In this document: positions 53,412-64,000 of the stretch, one piece after another
Numbering within the stretch: the stretch's first letter is position 1
Layout: the number at the start of each line of letters is the position of its first letter
Origin: an uncultured Gemmatimonadaceae bacterium
GTDB taxonomy: Bacteria > Gemmatimonadota > Gemmatimonadetes > Gemmatimonadales > Gemmatimonadaceae
Assembly: GCA_963822945.1 (NCBI GenBank)
Contig: CAWGJO010000025.1
Coordinates: 1 to 64,000, forward strand
DNA length: 64,000 nucleotides
Direction of reading: 5' to 3'
The notes under the pieces: model-generated
Database searches by the model: none
Told to the model about the DNA's origin: nothing
The model's input: only the letters and a program-made list of their open reading frames with translations
Made by a program: the position numbers and the translations under genes

Positions 53412-55250
53412 GTGCTGCAATCCATGCGGAGCTGGGCCAAGTACATCTGGATTTTCGTGATCGGGGCCCCGTTCATCTTCGTCTTCCTGTTCTATCAAAC
53501 TTCCGGCCTCGGCAATGCCGCCTCGGTCACCCCGAGTACCCCCGTCGCCAAGGTGGATGGCCAGGAGATCCTCTACGCGGACTACACGCGCCAGGTAGAC
53601 AACCAGGTGCAGTCGGAACAGCAGTCCTCCGGCCGCTCCATGACGCAGGATGAGATCCGCCAGATCCAGAATTCGGTCTTCGACCAGATGGTGACGCAGA
53701 TCCTGCTCGACCGCGAGTACAAGCGGCGCGGGATCTCGGTCACGGCCGACGAGATCCGCGAGTACGCCAAGTACGCCCCGCCCTCCTGGATCCAGCAGAG
53801 CCCGGACATGCAGACGGACGGCAAGTTCGACATGGCCAAGTACCAGCGGCTGCTGCAGAGTCCGGTGGCGCGGGAGAGCGGGCTCCTGGTGCAGCTCGAG
53901 GACTACTACCGCACCGAGATCCCGAAGCAGAAGCTGTTCGAGCAGATCACGGCCGGGGTCTACGTCTCCGACGCCGACCTGTGGCGCGCCTGGCAGGACT
54001 CGCACGACAGCGCACAGGTCAGTTACGTGGCCTGGAACGACACGCCCGACTCCGCCGACCTCAAGTCGGTCACCGAGGCTCAGATCCAGCAGTACTACGA
54101 CGGCCACCACGACCAGTTCACGGAACCGGGCACGGCCCGCCTCTCCGTCGTGAAGATCCCGCGCGTGATCACAGCAGCCGACAGCGCCGCCGTCCGCGCG
54201 CACCTGATGCAACTGCGCGCCGAGATCGAGTCCGGCACCAGCACCTTCGCCGACGTGGCCAAGCGGGAGTCGCAGGACTCGGCCTCTGCAGCCAACGGCG
54301 GCGACCTCGGGATGAGCACCAAGGGGCAGTTCGTCCAGGAGTTCGACAAGGCGGCCTGGTCCCTCAAGCCTGGTCAACTCTCGGGGCCCGTGCTCACCCC
54401 CTTCGGCTATCACCTGCTCAAGGTGAACTCGCGCAAGGGTGATTCGATCGACGTCAGTCACATCCTGCTGCGCATCCAGCCCACCGATTCCAACGAAGCG
54501 CGGATCGATCGCCGGGCGGACAGCCTGGCGAACATGGCCGCCACCGCCGATCTGCCGAGCAAGCTCGACTCCGCGGCGGCCGTGCTGCATCTCACCATCT
54601 ACAAACTTACGGCCACCGAGAACCAGCCCGCCATGCTCGGCAGCGAGCAGGTGCCGAGCGCCAGCGCCTGGGCGTTCGGCGGCGCGCGGCCGGGGGACAT
54701 CAGCGACCTGTTCGACGACGACAACGGCTACTACCTCGCGCGGCTCGACTCGCTCACGCCGGGCGGACTGCGCGACCTCAGCGCCGTGCGCGAACAGATC
54801 CGGGCCACGGTGGCCGCCCAGCACCATCTGGATCGGATGATGGAGCCCGCCAAGGCGTTCGCCTCGGCGGCCGCGGCCAGCGGCCTCGACGCCGCCGCCC
54901 AGAAGATGAAGCTGCACGTCGCGCAGACGCCGGTGTTCACGCGGACGACCTTCGTGCCCGGCCTCGGCGGTCAATTCACGACCGCCATCGGCGCCGCGTT
55001 CGGACTGCCGCTGCACGCGGTGAGCGACCCCGTCCGTGGCGAGTCGCAGATCACCGTGGAGCGCGTGGATCGCCGGATCAAGGCCGACAGTGCCGCCTGG
55101 CTCAAGCAGAAGACCGCGCAGCGCCAGCAGCGGATCAGCCAACTGCAGCAGGCTCGCCTGCAGATGTACCTCCAGTATCTGCACGACTCTGCCAAGATCG
55201 ACGACCGCCGCCAGGCCATCGACGCGGCCATCCGGCGCACCTCGAGCTAG
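53412..55250 (+). CDS. ppiD: Membrane-anchored periplasmic chaperone, PpiD/SurA-N + parvulin
   Basis: N-terminal TM, SurA-N region, FADVAKRESQD..NGGDLG..FGYHL parvulin motif. Confidence 0.85.
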   Translation: MLQSMRSWAKYIWIFVIGAPFIFVFLFYQTSGLGNAASVTPSTPVAKVDGQEILYADYTRQVDNQVQSEQQSSGRSMTQDEIRQIQNSVFDQMVTQILLDREYKRRGISVTADEIREYAKYAPPSWIQQSPDMQTDGKFDMAKYQRLLQSPVARESGLLVQLEDYYRTEIPKQKLFEQITAGVYVSDADLWRAWQDSHDSAQVSYVAWNDTPDSADLKSVTEAQIQQYYDGHHDQFTEPGTARLSVVKIPRVITAADSAAVRAHLMQLRAEIESGTSTFADVAKRESQDSASAANGGDLGMSTKGQFVQEFDKAAWSLKPGQLSGPVLTPFGYHLLKVNSRKGDSIDVSHILLRIQPTDSNEARIDRRADSLANMAATADLPSKLDSAAAVLHLTIYKLTATENQPAMLGSEQVPSASAWAFGGARPGDISDLFDDDNGYYLARLDSLTPGGLRDLSAVREQIRATVAAQHHLDRMMEPAKAFASAAAASGLDAAAQKMKLHVAQTPVFTRTTFVPGLGGQFTTAIGAAFGLPLHAVSDPVRGESQITVERVDRRIKADSAAWLKQKTAQRQQRISQLQQARLQMYLQYLHDSAKIDDRRQAIDAAIRRTSS

Positions 55251-55281
55251 CCGCCGCGACGACGCGGGACCCGAATGCAGG

Positions 55282-55318
55282 ACGGCGCCCCGGCCAGGTT
55301 GGCCGGGGCGCCGTTTTT
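55282..55318 (+). terminator. Rho-independent terminator of ppiD
   Basis: CGGCGCCCCGGCC-AGGTT-GGCCGGGGCGCCG-TTTTT. Confidence 0.85.
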
Positions 55319-55343
55319 GTGGGCGGGTCCCGCGTCGCGATGT

Positions 55344-55607
55344 CTACATCAACCGCTTGGGCTCGCGCGCCGGCTCCTCTTCCTGCTTGGTGCGCGCCGC
55401 CGGCTCGCCCTGATGCAGCCGGTCGATGTGCCGGTCGTCATCGGACTCGCTCACCTGCCGCTGCACGTCGTTGATGCTGCGCTTGAACTCCCGAATGCCC
55501 TTGCCCAGCGAGGCCCCGATTTCCGGCACGCGGCGCGCACCGAACAACACGAGCACGATCACCAGAATGATGAACAGCTCCATGGGACCGAAATTCCCGA
55601 AATTCAT
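55344..55607 (-). CDS. tatA: Twin-arginine translocase TatA/E
   Basis: TM helix + FG hinge + LGKGIREFK. Confidence 0.95.
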   Translation of the reverse strand: MNFGNFGPMELFIILVIVLVLFGARRVPEIGASLGKGIREFKRSINDVQRQVSESDDDRHIDRLHQGEPAARTKQEEEPAREPKRLM

Positions 55608-55615
55608 ACCGTCTC

Positions 55616-55897
55616 CTAGAAGAGCGACCGCGCGATGAGATAGGCCACGAACACGCCCACGAGGCCGAGGATCGACACATCCAGCGCCACCGGGCCTACA
55701 CTGAACTTGATGATGACGAGATCAATCGGCAACGGCCCCATCGACGGTGTCACCCCGGTGGTCAGAAACTCCTTGACCGCTCCGGCCGGCAGCCAGCGCC
55801 TGGCGATCTCCGTGAACGCGCCGCCGACGATGAATCCGATCGAGAGCACGATCGCGTGGTACCCCGGCCGATGCTTGGCGGAACCGGTGGGAGGCAT
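55616..55897 (-). CDS. Small membrane protein (DUF4321-like)
   Basis: 93 aa with two TM segments flanking a beta hairpin (IDLVIIKFSVG). Confidence 0.7.
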   Translation of the reverse strand: MPPTGSAKHRPGYHAIVLSIGFIVGGAFTEIARRWLPAGAVKEFLTTGVTPSMGPLPIDLVIIKFSVGPVALDVSILGLVGVFVAYLIARSLF

Positions 55898-56904
55898 TAC
55901 CAGCGCCGGTCGGTGACGTACGCGATGGCTTCGACGAGCGCCGCACGGGCCGGCGAGTCCGGAACCCCCAGCAGCGCGTCTTCCGCCTCCTGGGCGTACT
56001 GTTCGCCGCGCCGGCGGGCATACTCGATGCCCCCCGCGTCGGCGACGATGCCCACGACGTCCTGGATCGCGGCGTCGGTCGGGGCGTCGGCCGCGAACAA
56101 CTGCTCCACCTGTTGGCGTGCCGCGGGCGACAGCGAAGGCAGGGCGGCGATGAGCGGCAGGGTGACCTTATGCTCCCGCAAGTCGTTCCCCGACGGTTTG
56201 CCCGTGACCGACTCGTCCTCGGTGTAGTCGAGGATGTCGTCCACCACCTGGAAGGCCATGCCGAGCCGGTCGCCGAATCGGGCCATGCGCTCGCGGAACC
56301 GGGCGGCGCCGCACAGCGCTCCGCTCTCACACGCGGCCGAGATCAGTGACGCGGTCTTGGCCCGGATGAGGAGTTCGTACTCGGGCTCGCCGAAGTGCAG
56401 GGCATCGATTGCCGCCAGCTGTCGCATCTCACCCATGCTCAACTCGCTTGACACGTCGGTGACGACACGAACCACGTCGAAGTCACGAATGGCCACCAGG
56501 GCACGCAGCGCCCGCGAGTACAGGAAGTCGCCCATGATGACCGACACCTGATGGCTGAACATCGAGTTCACGGTCGGCAGACCGCGCCGTGTCGCCGAGT
56601 GATCCACCGAGTCGTCGTGCACCAGCGTCGCCAGATGCATCAACTCGATGACGGCCGCCAGCCGCACGGCCCGCGGCTCCGGCCGCCCCTCGAGTTCGCT
56701 CGATAGCAGCGTCAACGTGGGCCGGAACATCTTGCCGCGCATCCCGAGCAGGTGGTGACTCACCTCTTCCACCATCGGCACCCCGGAACTGACGATCTCC
56801 TGCATTGCGGCCGTCACCAGATCCAGGCGCTCGCGAATCGGGGCCTGAATGCCGCGCAACGCATCGGTCATCGGGGTCCGCGGCCGCGCGATCACTCCAC
56901 TCAT
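55897..56904 (-). CDS. Polyprenyl (hepta/octaprenyl) diphosphate synthase
   Basis: GKMFRP, LVHDDSVD..RRG, KTA, FQVVDDILD. Confidence 0.93.
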   Translation of the reverse strand: MSGVIARPRTPMTDALRGIQAPIRERLDLVTAAMQEIVSSGVPMVEEVSHHLLGMRGKMFRPTLTLLSSELEGRPEPRAVRLAAVIELMHLATLVHDDSVDHSATRRGLPTVNSMFSHQVSVIMGDFLYSRALRALVAIRDFDVVRVVTDVSSELSMGEMRQLAAIDALHFGEPEYELLIRAKTASLISAACESGALCGAARFRERMARFGDRLGMAFQVVDDILDYTEDESVTGKPSGNDLREHKVTLPLIAALPSLSPAARQQVEQLFAADAPTDAAIQDVVGIVADAGGIEYARRRGEQYAQEAEDALLGVPDSPARAALVEAIAYVTDRRW

Positions 56905-59274
56905 CGGGTCGCTCCCTCGATGGCGTTCATCCGGTCGCCCACGTCGCGGAACTGGACGTCGACCACGAAGATGCGTTGGTAGTATTCGAGCGCCTGGGCG
57001 GGCTTGCCGAGTTCCTCGCACGCGCGCCCCAACAGATAGAGCACGCCCACGAGCTGGTCGTCCCCCACCCCCTTTTCATGCACGGCCCGTCCCAGCAGCG
57101 TGCTCGCCATCTGGAACTGCTCCTTCTCCATGAAGCACTGCCCGATCGCCTCGTACGTGCGCACCCGGTTATCGACGCCGCGCAGTGACTTCTGGAATTC
57201 GGAGATCGCCTCGTCCAACAGGCCCATTTCCTTGTACGCGATCCCGAGGTCGTAGTGACTCTGGTAGTCGTCGGCATCGACGTTGTCGGCCACGCCCTGC
57301 TTGAACTTCCGCAGCATGTCGGCGAAGTCGGCTTCCTCGTCGCCCGACGGCTCCTGCTCGGCCACCACCATGCGGGTGTCCTTCGGCGCCTCGTCGTCGC
57401 GCATCAGATCGCCGAGGTTGACGAACTCGCCGCGCACCGGCGTGGGGATGGAGACGCGCGGTCTGGAGGGCGTTCCGAGCGACGATCCCAGCATGCCCGC
57501 GGCCGGGGTATCGGACAGCGCGCTCAGGGCGCCCTGCGCGCGCGCGTTGTCCGGCGCCAGTTCGAGCACCCGGTGGTAGATCACGCGCGCCTTGTCGGCC
57601 TGGTCGCTGCGGAACAGCGCGTCGGCCAACTCCAGGTAGGCATCCACCAACCGGTGCTTGTCTTTGGACCGGAACGCGTACTCCACGCGCTTCTGGTGGT
57701 GCTTGACCGACGAGGGATCCGCGCGGACCAGTTCGTCGGCGATCGAAGCCGCGGCATCGAGATCTCCCTCGACCTCGTACCCCTTCATCGCCGTCTCGAA
57801 CTCCAGCAGGCCCTCTTCACGGTGGCCCGCATCGAACATCGCCTCGCCGAGTTCACGGTGCGCGCCCCAGTCCGCGGGATTCGCGTCCACCACCGCCTGC
57901 AACATCTCGACCGAGTGCGCGGCGAGCATCGTCGACGCGCGCCCGACGGGCTCCGCGGACTCGCCCGCATCCTCGGTGGCCGCACCGGCGTCCTCACCCC
58001 CGACATCCATCATCGGGAGCCCGTGCGTCGGCGAGCCGCCCGTGGGGGTCTCATCGGCGGACGTCGTCAGCACATCGTCCGGAAGCATCAGCTCGAGGTC
58101 GTCGTCCGCCTCCTGTTGCGACGGAACGTCGGCCGGCGGCGCTGTGTCGGCCGCTTCGATGTCCCCGGCGTCCGCCTCTCCGGCCTCCTCCGGCAACTCC
58201 TCTTCCGCCGCGGCGTCCGCGCCCGGGATCGACGTGGGTTCGATGTCGGGCAACGGCGCGGCAGTTTCGGCCGCCGCCTCCGCGTCGAACGACGTCGCGA
58301 CGAGCCCCTCGACCGGCGTACTCGTGTCGACCGCCGGCGCGTCCTCGTCGAACTCGGTGCTGCGGGTCACGCCGTCCAACGGCTCCGTCTCGACCTCATC
58401 CGCACGCACCGGTTCGCCGACATCGGCCTGCTCGGCTTGCGACGCCAGCTCGGTCTCCGACGCCAGCTCGGTCTCCGACGCCGCTCGTCGACCGCTCGGT
58501 CGCTGACGCCTGCTCGGTCGGCGGCGGTTCCACGGGAAGCGCCGGCGGGGGCTCGGATGGACGCGGCGTGGTTCCGCGCCGCGGCTTGGGAGCCTCGTTG
58601 AGATCGAGGAAGACCAGGTCCTGCCCCTTGGACTCGAGGGGCGTGTCGCCGGCCCGCACTTCGGCATCGGGATCGAGCGCGCGGATACGCTCCGCCGTCG
58701 CTTCGGCCTCCGCGGGGCGATCCTCCGCCGAGTAGCGCTGGTACAGGAGCTGCAACTGCTCCACCGCCTCACCGCGCTTGCCCGCCTTCTGCAACTGGTC
58801 CGCGAGCATCAGGCGGATGTCGTCCTGATCCGGACAGAGATCCGCGAATTCCTTCAGGGCACGGAACGCCTCGTCCAGCCGTCCCGACTTCTGCATGCGG
58901 TCGGCGAACTCGAGGAAGTTCCGTTTCGCCTCGGCGGTGAATCCCTTCTGCGCGCTGATCTTCCCGAGCTTGTAGTAGATCGACGTGCGCCCGGGCGACT
59001 GACGGAGGATCTTGTTGCAGAGCGCGATGGCGTTGTTGAAGAAGCCGCCATCACTATAGTGATCGACGGCCTTCTCGTAATAGTCGACCGCGTCGGCCAC
59101 GTTGCCCTGGCGGAGCAGCAGGTCGCCGACCCGATTGAACAGCGCAACATCCATCTCCTCGGGGCTCGATTCGTACGCAGCGAGGAGATCGATATACACG
59201 GCGAGCGCCTTGTCCGGCTGCTTTTTCAGCTCGAACTCGGCAGCCTTCTTTTTGAGCTTTGCGATGTTCGACAT
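56901..59274 (-). CDS. Large TPR protein with acidic linker and FimV/SgmX-like C-terminal TPRs (frameshift near 58490)
   Basis: N-terminal TPRs (NNAIALCNKILR), acidic linker, C-terminal SHYDLGIAYKEMGLLDEAI. Confidence 0.8.
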
Positions 59275-59355
59275 CAGCGCCCGGAAGGCCTCGAGAGAAG
59301 GGCCGACGACGGCCAGCGTCGGGGGAGAATGAGCTTTGGAAGTTATCCCTAAGTG

Positions 59356-60609
59356 CTACCAGTCACAAGGTTTGCCTCGCACCCAACTCCGCCTGCAGAT
59401 GGGGGCGCCAAACCAGTACGGCAACTCCCGATAGTCCGCCGCATCGTACAACGAAACGTCCGCGGAGAAGCCCGGCGCGATCTGCCCTACCCGGTCCGCG
59501 ATGCCGAGCGCGGCGGCCCCATTGACGGTTGCCGCCACCAGGGCTTCGGCCGCGCTCAGGTGCAGTTGGCTCACGCCGAGTGTGAGAATCGTCGGAAAAT
59601 GCAGGGTCGGGGAGGTCCCCGGGTTGAAATCCGTGGCCAGCGCCACCGGGACCCCCGCCTCGATCAGCGCGCGGGCCGGTGCCTGCTTGGATTTCCCGAG
59701 AAAGACCATGGTCGCCGGAAGCAGCGTGGCCACCGTGTTGACGCTGGCCAGCGCGGCGATACCCTGCTCCGAGATCGCGGCCAGGTGATCGGCCGACGTC
59801 GCCTTCAGCTCCGCCGCCAGCTCCGCGCCGCCGGACGACGTCAACTCGTCGGCATGGAGTTTCAGCGCCAACCCCGCACCGCGGGCGGCGAGGAGGATCT
59901 CCCGCGATTCCGCCGGGGTGTAGACATGGGTTTCGCAGAAGACGTCGGCGAACTGCGCGAGTTCCTCCTCCGCCACCCGGGGAATCATGTCGTGGATCAC
60001 CGTGTCCACGTACGCCCGGCGGGCGGCGGGCGTGCCGCGATGCTCCAGCGGCACCTCGTGCGCGCCGAGGAAGGTCGCCACGATGCGGATGGGCAGTTCG
60101 TCGCGCAACCGCCGGATGGCACGCAGCATCTTCAGTTCGTCGTCCAGCGTCAGCCCGTAGCCCGACTTGACCTCGACGGTGGTGACGCCGCTCGCCGCCA
60201 GCAGGCGGAGCCGCCCGCGCGCGAGGTCCACCAGTTGCTGCTCGGTGTGCGCGCGCACGTCGCGTACCGATGCGTGGATGCCTCCGCCGCGCCGCGCGAT
60301 CTCCATGTAGTCGAGCCCGGCCGCCCGCATCTCGTGCTCCGCCGCGCGCCCGCGCCCGAACACGGCGTGCGTGTGCGAATCCACGAATCCCGGGGCGAGT
60401 ACGCCGCCGCCGCAGTCCACGAGCTCCCAGTCCGGATAGTCGCGCCGCAGTTGCTCCTCGGGGCCGACGGCCTCGATCACCCCATGCCCTACGGCCACTG
60501 CGTAGCCGTCCCGCGGCGCGGCGTCCGCCATCGCCCCGCCGCGCCGCGCTCGACGCGGCCCGGCGCACGTCACGACCTGCGTTGCATTGACCAGGAGGAA
60601 ATTCGTCAT
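59356..60609 (-). CDS. hutI: Imidazolonepropionase
   Basis: PGFVDSHTH, GGGIHASV, EVKSGYGL, HADEL, ATDFNPG. Confidence 0.96.
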   Translation of the reverse strand: MTNFLLVNATQVVTCAGPRRARRGGAMADAAPRDGYAVAVGHGVIEAVGPEEQLRRDYPDWELVDCGGGVLAPGFVDSHTHAVFGRGRAAEHEMRAAGLDYMEIARRGGGIHASVRDVRAHTEQQLVDLARGRLRLLAASGVTTVEVKSGYGLTLDDELKMLRAIRRLRDELPIRIVATFLGAHEVPLEHRGTPAARRAYVDTVIHDMIPRVAEEELAQFADVFCETHVYTPAESREILLAARGAGLALKLHADELTSSGGAELAAELKATSADHLAAISEQGIAALASVNTVATLLPATMVFLGKSKQAPARALIEAGVPVALATDFNPGTSPTLHFPTILTLGVSQLHLSAAEALVAATVNGAAALGIADRVGQIAPGFSADVSLYDAADYRELPYWFGAPICRRSWVRGKPCDW

Positions 60610-61601
60610 ACCGCCGGCGCTCCGCTCGTATTGCCCATCACGTCCTGTACGCGCGACCACTCCAGCGGCGCCTGCGCTTCACCGCGGCAGGCATAATAGC
60701 ACGCGTCGCAGTGGATCGGCTGGTACCGCCGGAATTCCCGCCAGTGGAAGTTCGTCGGGAAATCGGGGCAGCGCTTGACGTGTCCTACGGGGTCGATGTG
60801 GATGGTCCGGATCCCCGACCGGCACGGTTCCCGGAGTTCGCCCCGTACGTAGCGCGGGATCTGGCGAAGGTAGTAGTCCGAACTCGTGATCACCCCGCGA
60901 TGGCGGCGCTTGAAATCGAGGAGCGCCGCGACCAGCTCGTCGAGGTCGCGCGCGTGCGCCTCGCCCAGGACGTGGGCGTCATTCCCGTTCTTGGCGTCGG
61001 TGTACACGCTCAGATTGATGCCGACGCCGAGTTCGCGGGCCCGGTGCACGAGGGGCAGGATCTGATCGACGTTGTCGTTCTTGATGACGGTGTTGAAGCG
61101 GATGTTGTCGATCCCGCGCGCCTGCATTCCGGGAATCGCGGCGAAGATGCGCGCGCTCAGGCCCGGGATGCCGCGCGCCCGGTCGTGCCGTTCGTCCGGA
61201 TAGTCGAGGGAGATGTTGAACTGGTGCACCCCGGCGTCCCACAGACTCCGCGCGCGCTCCGGCGTCAACATTGCCCCGTGCGTGATCAGCGCCACGTACT
61301 TCAACCGCACGGCCGACGAAACCGCGCGGACGATTCCTTCCAGATCGCGGCGCATCAGCGGCTCGCCGCCGGTGAACGTGATCATCATCGGGTTGAAGAA
61401 CCGCGCGGCGTCGGCGAAGCTCGACAGCTCCTGGTCCCGGGCACTCGGATGGGTCTTCCAGTAGTCGCAGAACCCGCACCGTGCGTTGCAGCGGAGCGTC
61501 ACCTCGAAATGCACGAGCACCGGCATGCGCCGCGCGGTGAGCCACGCGTACTTGCCGATGAAGAGCGGAACGTGCCAGGGCTTGAAGCGAGAGGTCAGCA
61601 T
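60606..61601 (-). CDS. Radical SAM protein with SPASM/twitch-like C-terminal cysteines
   Basis: CNARCGFC, TGGEP, ISLD, HDRARG, C..G...IDPVGHVKRC...CDACYYAC. Confidence 0.9.
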   Translation of the reverse strand: MLTSRFKPWHVPLFIGKYAWLTARRMPVLVHFEVTLRCNARCGFCDYWKTHPSARDQELSSFADAARFFNPMMITFTGGEPLMRRDLEGIVRAVSSAVRLKYVALITHGAMLTPERARSLWDAGVHQFNISLDYPDERHDRARGIPGLSARIFAAIPGMQARGIDNIRFNTVIKNDNVDQILPLVHRARELGVGINLSVYTDAKNGNDAHVLGEAHARDLDELVAALLDFKRRHRGVITSSDYYLRQIPRYVRGELREPCRSGIRTIHIDPVGHVKRCPDFPTNFHWREFRRYQPIHCDACYYACRGEAQAPLEWSRVQDVMGNTSGAPAV

Positions 61602-61695
61602 TCGGGAACGGTCGGCCGCCGCCCATCAGCCGTCTGCAGTCGGCAGGGCGCGGTTCCTCGTTCACTGCCACCGGCCGATGGCAGACTGCCGGCCG

Positions 61696-63393
61696 TCATT
61701 CCGCCGTCTCGCGCATCGGCAGCTTGATGTGCTCCCGCTTCGCCGTCTCGACCGCCTCCTCGTATCCCGCATCGGCATGCCGCGCGACGCCGAGCCCCGG
61801 ATCGTTCGTGAGCACGCGTTCGAGTCGTACGCGCATCTCGGGCGTCCCGTCGGCGACGATCACCTGCCCCGCGTGTAGCGAATTGCCGATCCCCACGCCG
61901 CCGCCATGGTGGAACGACACCCACGAGGCGCCGCTGGCGACGTTCAGCATCGCATTGAGGATCGGCCAGTCGGCCACCGCATCGCTGCCGTCCTTCATGC
62001 GCTCGGTCTCCCGGAAGGGCGAGGCCACCGAACCGGTGTCGAGGTGGTCGCGCCCGATCACGATCGGCGCCGAGAGTTCGCCGCTCGCCACGAGATCGTT
62101 GAGCGCGACGCCGAACCGCGCGCGTTCTCCCTGGCCCAACCAGCAGATCCGCGCCGGGAGCCCCTGGAAGTGCACCCGCTCGCGCGCCAGCATGATCCAG
62201 CGCCGCAGGTGCTCGTCGTTCGGGAACAGGTCGAGAATCAGTTCATCCGTGCGGTGCAGGTCTTTGGGATCGCCCGACAGCGCGACCCAGCGGAACGGCC
62301 CCTTCCCCTCGCAGAACAGCGGACGGATGTACTCCGGGATGAATCCGGGGATGTCGAACGCGTTCGCCACCCCATGGTCGAACGCCACCGTGCGGATGTT
62401 GTTCCCGTAGTCGAAGGTGACCGCGCCGCGCTGCTGCAACTCCAGCATCGCGCCCACGTGCACGGCGATCGACTGCTCCGCCAGTTCGACGTAGCGTTTG
62501 GGGTCGGTGGCCCGCAGCGCCGCCGCCTGGGCCAGCGAATGGCCCGCCGGTACGTAGCCGTTGAGTGTGTCGTGCGCACTGGTCTGATCGGTGAGTGCGT
62601 CGGGCACCACCCCGCGCCGCACGATCTCGGGCAGCACCTCGGCCGCGTTGCCCACGAGGCCCACCGACAGCGCGGTCCCGTTCCGCTTCGCCTCGTCGAT
62701 GACCGCAAGCGCCTCGTCCAGGCTCCGCGCCTTGCGGTCGCAATAGCCGGTGGCCAGACGCTTGTCGATGCGGGCCTCGTCCACCTCGATGCCGAGGATT
62801 GCCGCGCCGTGCATCGTCGCGGCGAGCGGCTGGGCGCCGCCCATCCCGCCCAGTCCGGCGGTGAGCACGAATCGGCCGGCCAGCGTGCCCCCGAAGTGGC
62901 GCCGCGCCATGGCCCCGAAGGTCTCGTACGTGCCCTGCAGGATGCCCTGCGATCCGATGTAGATCCACGATCCGGCGGTCATCTGCCCGTACATCATCAG
63001 GCCGGCGCGCTCCAACTCGCGGAAGTGATCCCAGGTCGCCCAGCGCCCGACGAGGTTGGCGTTGGCAATCAGCACACGCGGCGCGCTCGCGTGGGTGCGG
63101 AACACCCCCACCGGCTTCCCGCTCTGCACCAGCAGCGTCTCGTCGGCCTCCAGCGCCCGCAGCGACCGGACGATGGCATCGAACGCATCCCAGCTCCGCG
63201 CCGCGCGCCCCGTGCCGCCATAGACGACCAGGTCGTCGGGGCGCTCGGCCACGTCGGGATCGAGGTTGTTCATCAGCATCCGCAACGCCGCCTCCTGCTG
63301 CCACCCCTTGCAGGACAACGCGGTGCCACGCGGCGCGTGCACCGGCCGCGGCCCCGCCGCGGGCTTCGGATGGTGGGTCGTCGTGGCGGTCAT
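61696..63393 (-). CDS. hutU: Urocanate hydratase
   Basis: [37 protein letters not shown]. Confidence 0.98.
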   Translation of the reverse strand: MTATTTHHPKPAAGPRPVHAPRGTALSCKGWQQEAALRMLMNNLDPDVAERPDDLVVYGGTGRAARSWDAFDAIVRSLRALEADETLLVQSGKPVGVFRTHASAPRVLIANANLVGRWATWDHFRELERAGLMMYGQMTAGSWIYIGSQGILQGTYETFGAMARRHFGGTLAGRFVLTAGLGGMGGAQPLAATMHGAAILGIEVDEARIDKRLATGYCDRKARSLDEALAVIDEAKRNGTALSVGLVGNAAEVLPEIVRRGVVPDALTDQTSAHDTLNGYVPAGHSLAQAAALRATDPKRYVELAEQSIAVHVGAMLELQQRGAVTFDYGNNIRTVAFDHGVANAFDIPGFIPEYIRPLFCEGKGPFRWVALSGDPKDLHRTDELILDLFPNDEHLRRWIMLARERVHFQGLPARICWLGQGERARFGVALNDLVASGELSAPIVIGRDHLDTGSVASPFRETERMKDGSDAVADWPILNAMLNVASGASWVSFHHGGGVGIGNSLHAGQVIVADGTPEMRVRLERVLTNDPGLGVARHADAGYEEAVETAKREHIKLPMRETAE

Positions 63394-64000
63394 GGCCACT
63401 CCGCTGTTGTGGTGAAATGATCGTTCGCGATCGCGTCGGCCAGACGCGCGATATCGCCCGCCAGCACGCGATCCTGGACGAGCGGCGGGACCAGGGCGCG
63501 CACGGCCCGATGGGCCTCCGCCGCGCCGCGGCCGGGCTTCAACGGTGCCCGATAGTCCAACCCCTGCGCCGCGCACATGAGTTCGATGGCGAGCACGTAG
63601 CGCACGTTCTGGACGATGCGGCGCAGCTTCAGCGCCGCCGTCATCGCCATCGGCACCACGTCCTCCTTGTTCCCGTCGGTCGGAATCGTGTCCACACTCG
63701 CCGGGTGCGCCAGCACCTTGCACTCGCTGGCCAACGCCGCCGCAGTCACCTGCGCCATCATGAACCCCGAATTGACTCCCGCGTCGGGGGACAGAAAGGG
63801 CGGCAGCCCCTGGTTGAGATCGGGATGCACGAGCCGGTCGATCCGGCGCTCGGACATCGTGGCCAGATTCGTGAGGGCGATCGCCAGCACGTCCAGCGCC
63901 ATGGCCACCGCCTGCCCATGGAAGTTTCCACCGCTCAGCAGCGTGCCATCTTCGAAGACGAGTGGGTTGTCCGTGGCCGCGTTCAGCTCCCGCGCGATGA
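63390..64000 (-). CDS. hutH: Histidine ammonia-lyase, 3' part (begins beyond the window)
   Basis: NAATDNP, SGGNFHG, SERR, NSGFM, EDVVPM; upstream of hutU. Confidence 0.93.
   Translation of the reverse strand, partial: IARELNAATDNPLVFEDGTLLSGGNFHGQAVAMALDVLAIALTNLATMSERRIDRLVHPDLNQGLPPFLSPDAGVNSGFMMAQVTAAALASECKVLAHPASVDTIPTDGNKEDVVPMAMTAALKLRRIVQNVRYVLAIELMCAAQGLDYRAPLKPGRGAAEAHRAVRALVPPLVQDRVLAGDIARLADAIANDHFTTTAEWP

Noticed and set aside
59346..59362. CIRCE half-site TAGCACT upstream of the second TPR gene
   Set aside because: No matching second arm at 9-bp spacing

Overview
GC-rich (~70% by eye) bacterial chromosomal segment. It is densely coding, mostly on the minus strand, and carries core housekeeping genes. 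Gene content and order resemble Gemmatimonadota (inference, not tested). Content from left to right: arcA (partial) divergent from rex with a perfect Rex operator; rsmD-coaD-pta-STAS-RsbW-GAF/PP2C-rsmA; rpsU-yqeY-mutS2-dnaG-Zn ribbon-recJ; a membrane Ser/Thr kinase; obg-dprA-hemW-hrcA-dnaJ-prmA-rsmE-HIT; heptose kinase, two tRNAs and SulP; recA-recX-alaS ... gmhA ... cca-rarA-LEA2-hflX; TPR-aroQ-pepQ-accB-pilT-accC-comB-ftsK; ppiD; hutH-hutU-radical SAM-hutI-TPR-polyprenyl synthase-DUF4321-tatA. About 12 single-base frameshifts in 10 genes look like long-read consensus errors rather than pseudogenes. I saw no mobile element, prophage, CRISPR or defence island, and no clearly new multi-gene system. 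Best leads: a putative type IV pilus polarity module (PilT inside accBC plus two acidic TPR scaffolds), a radical SAM gene inside the hut operon, a sigma-less partner-switching module coupled to pta/coaD, a likely non-AUG start for hflX, a 16-bp minisatellite upstream of alaS, a rod-like recA-recX RNA, a candidate SOS box, and lineage-specific promoter rules (18-bp spacers, leaderless mRNAs).
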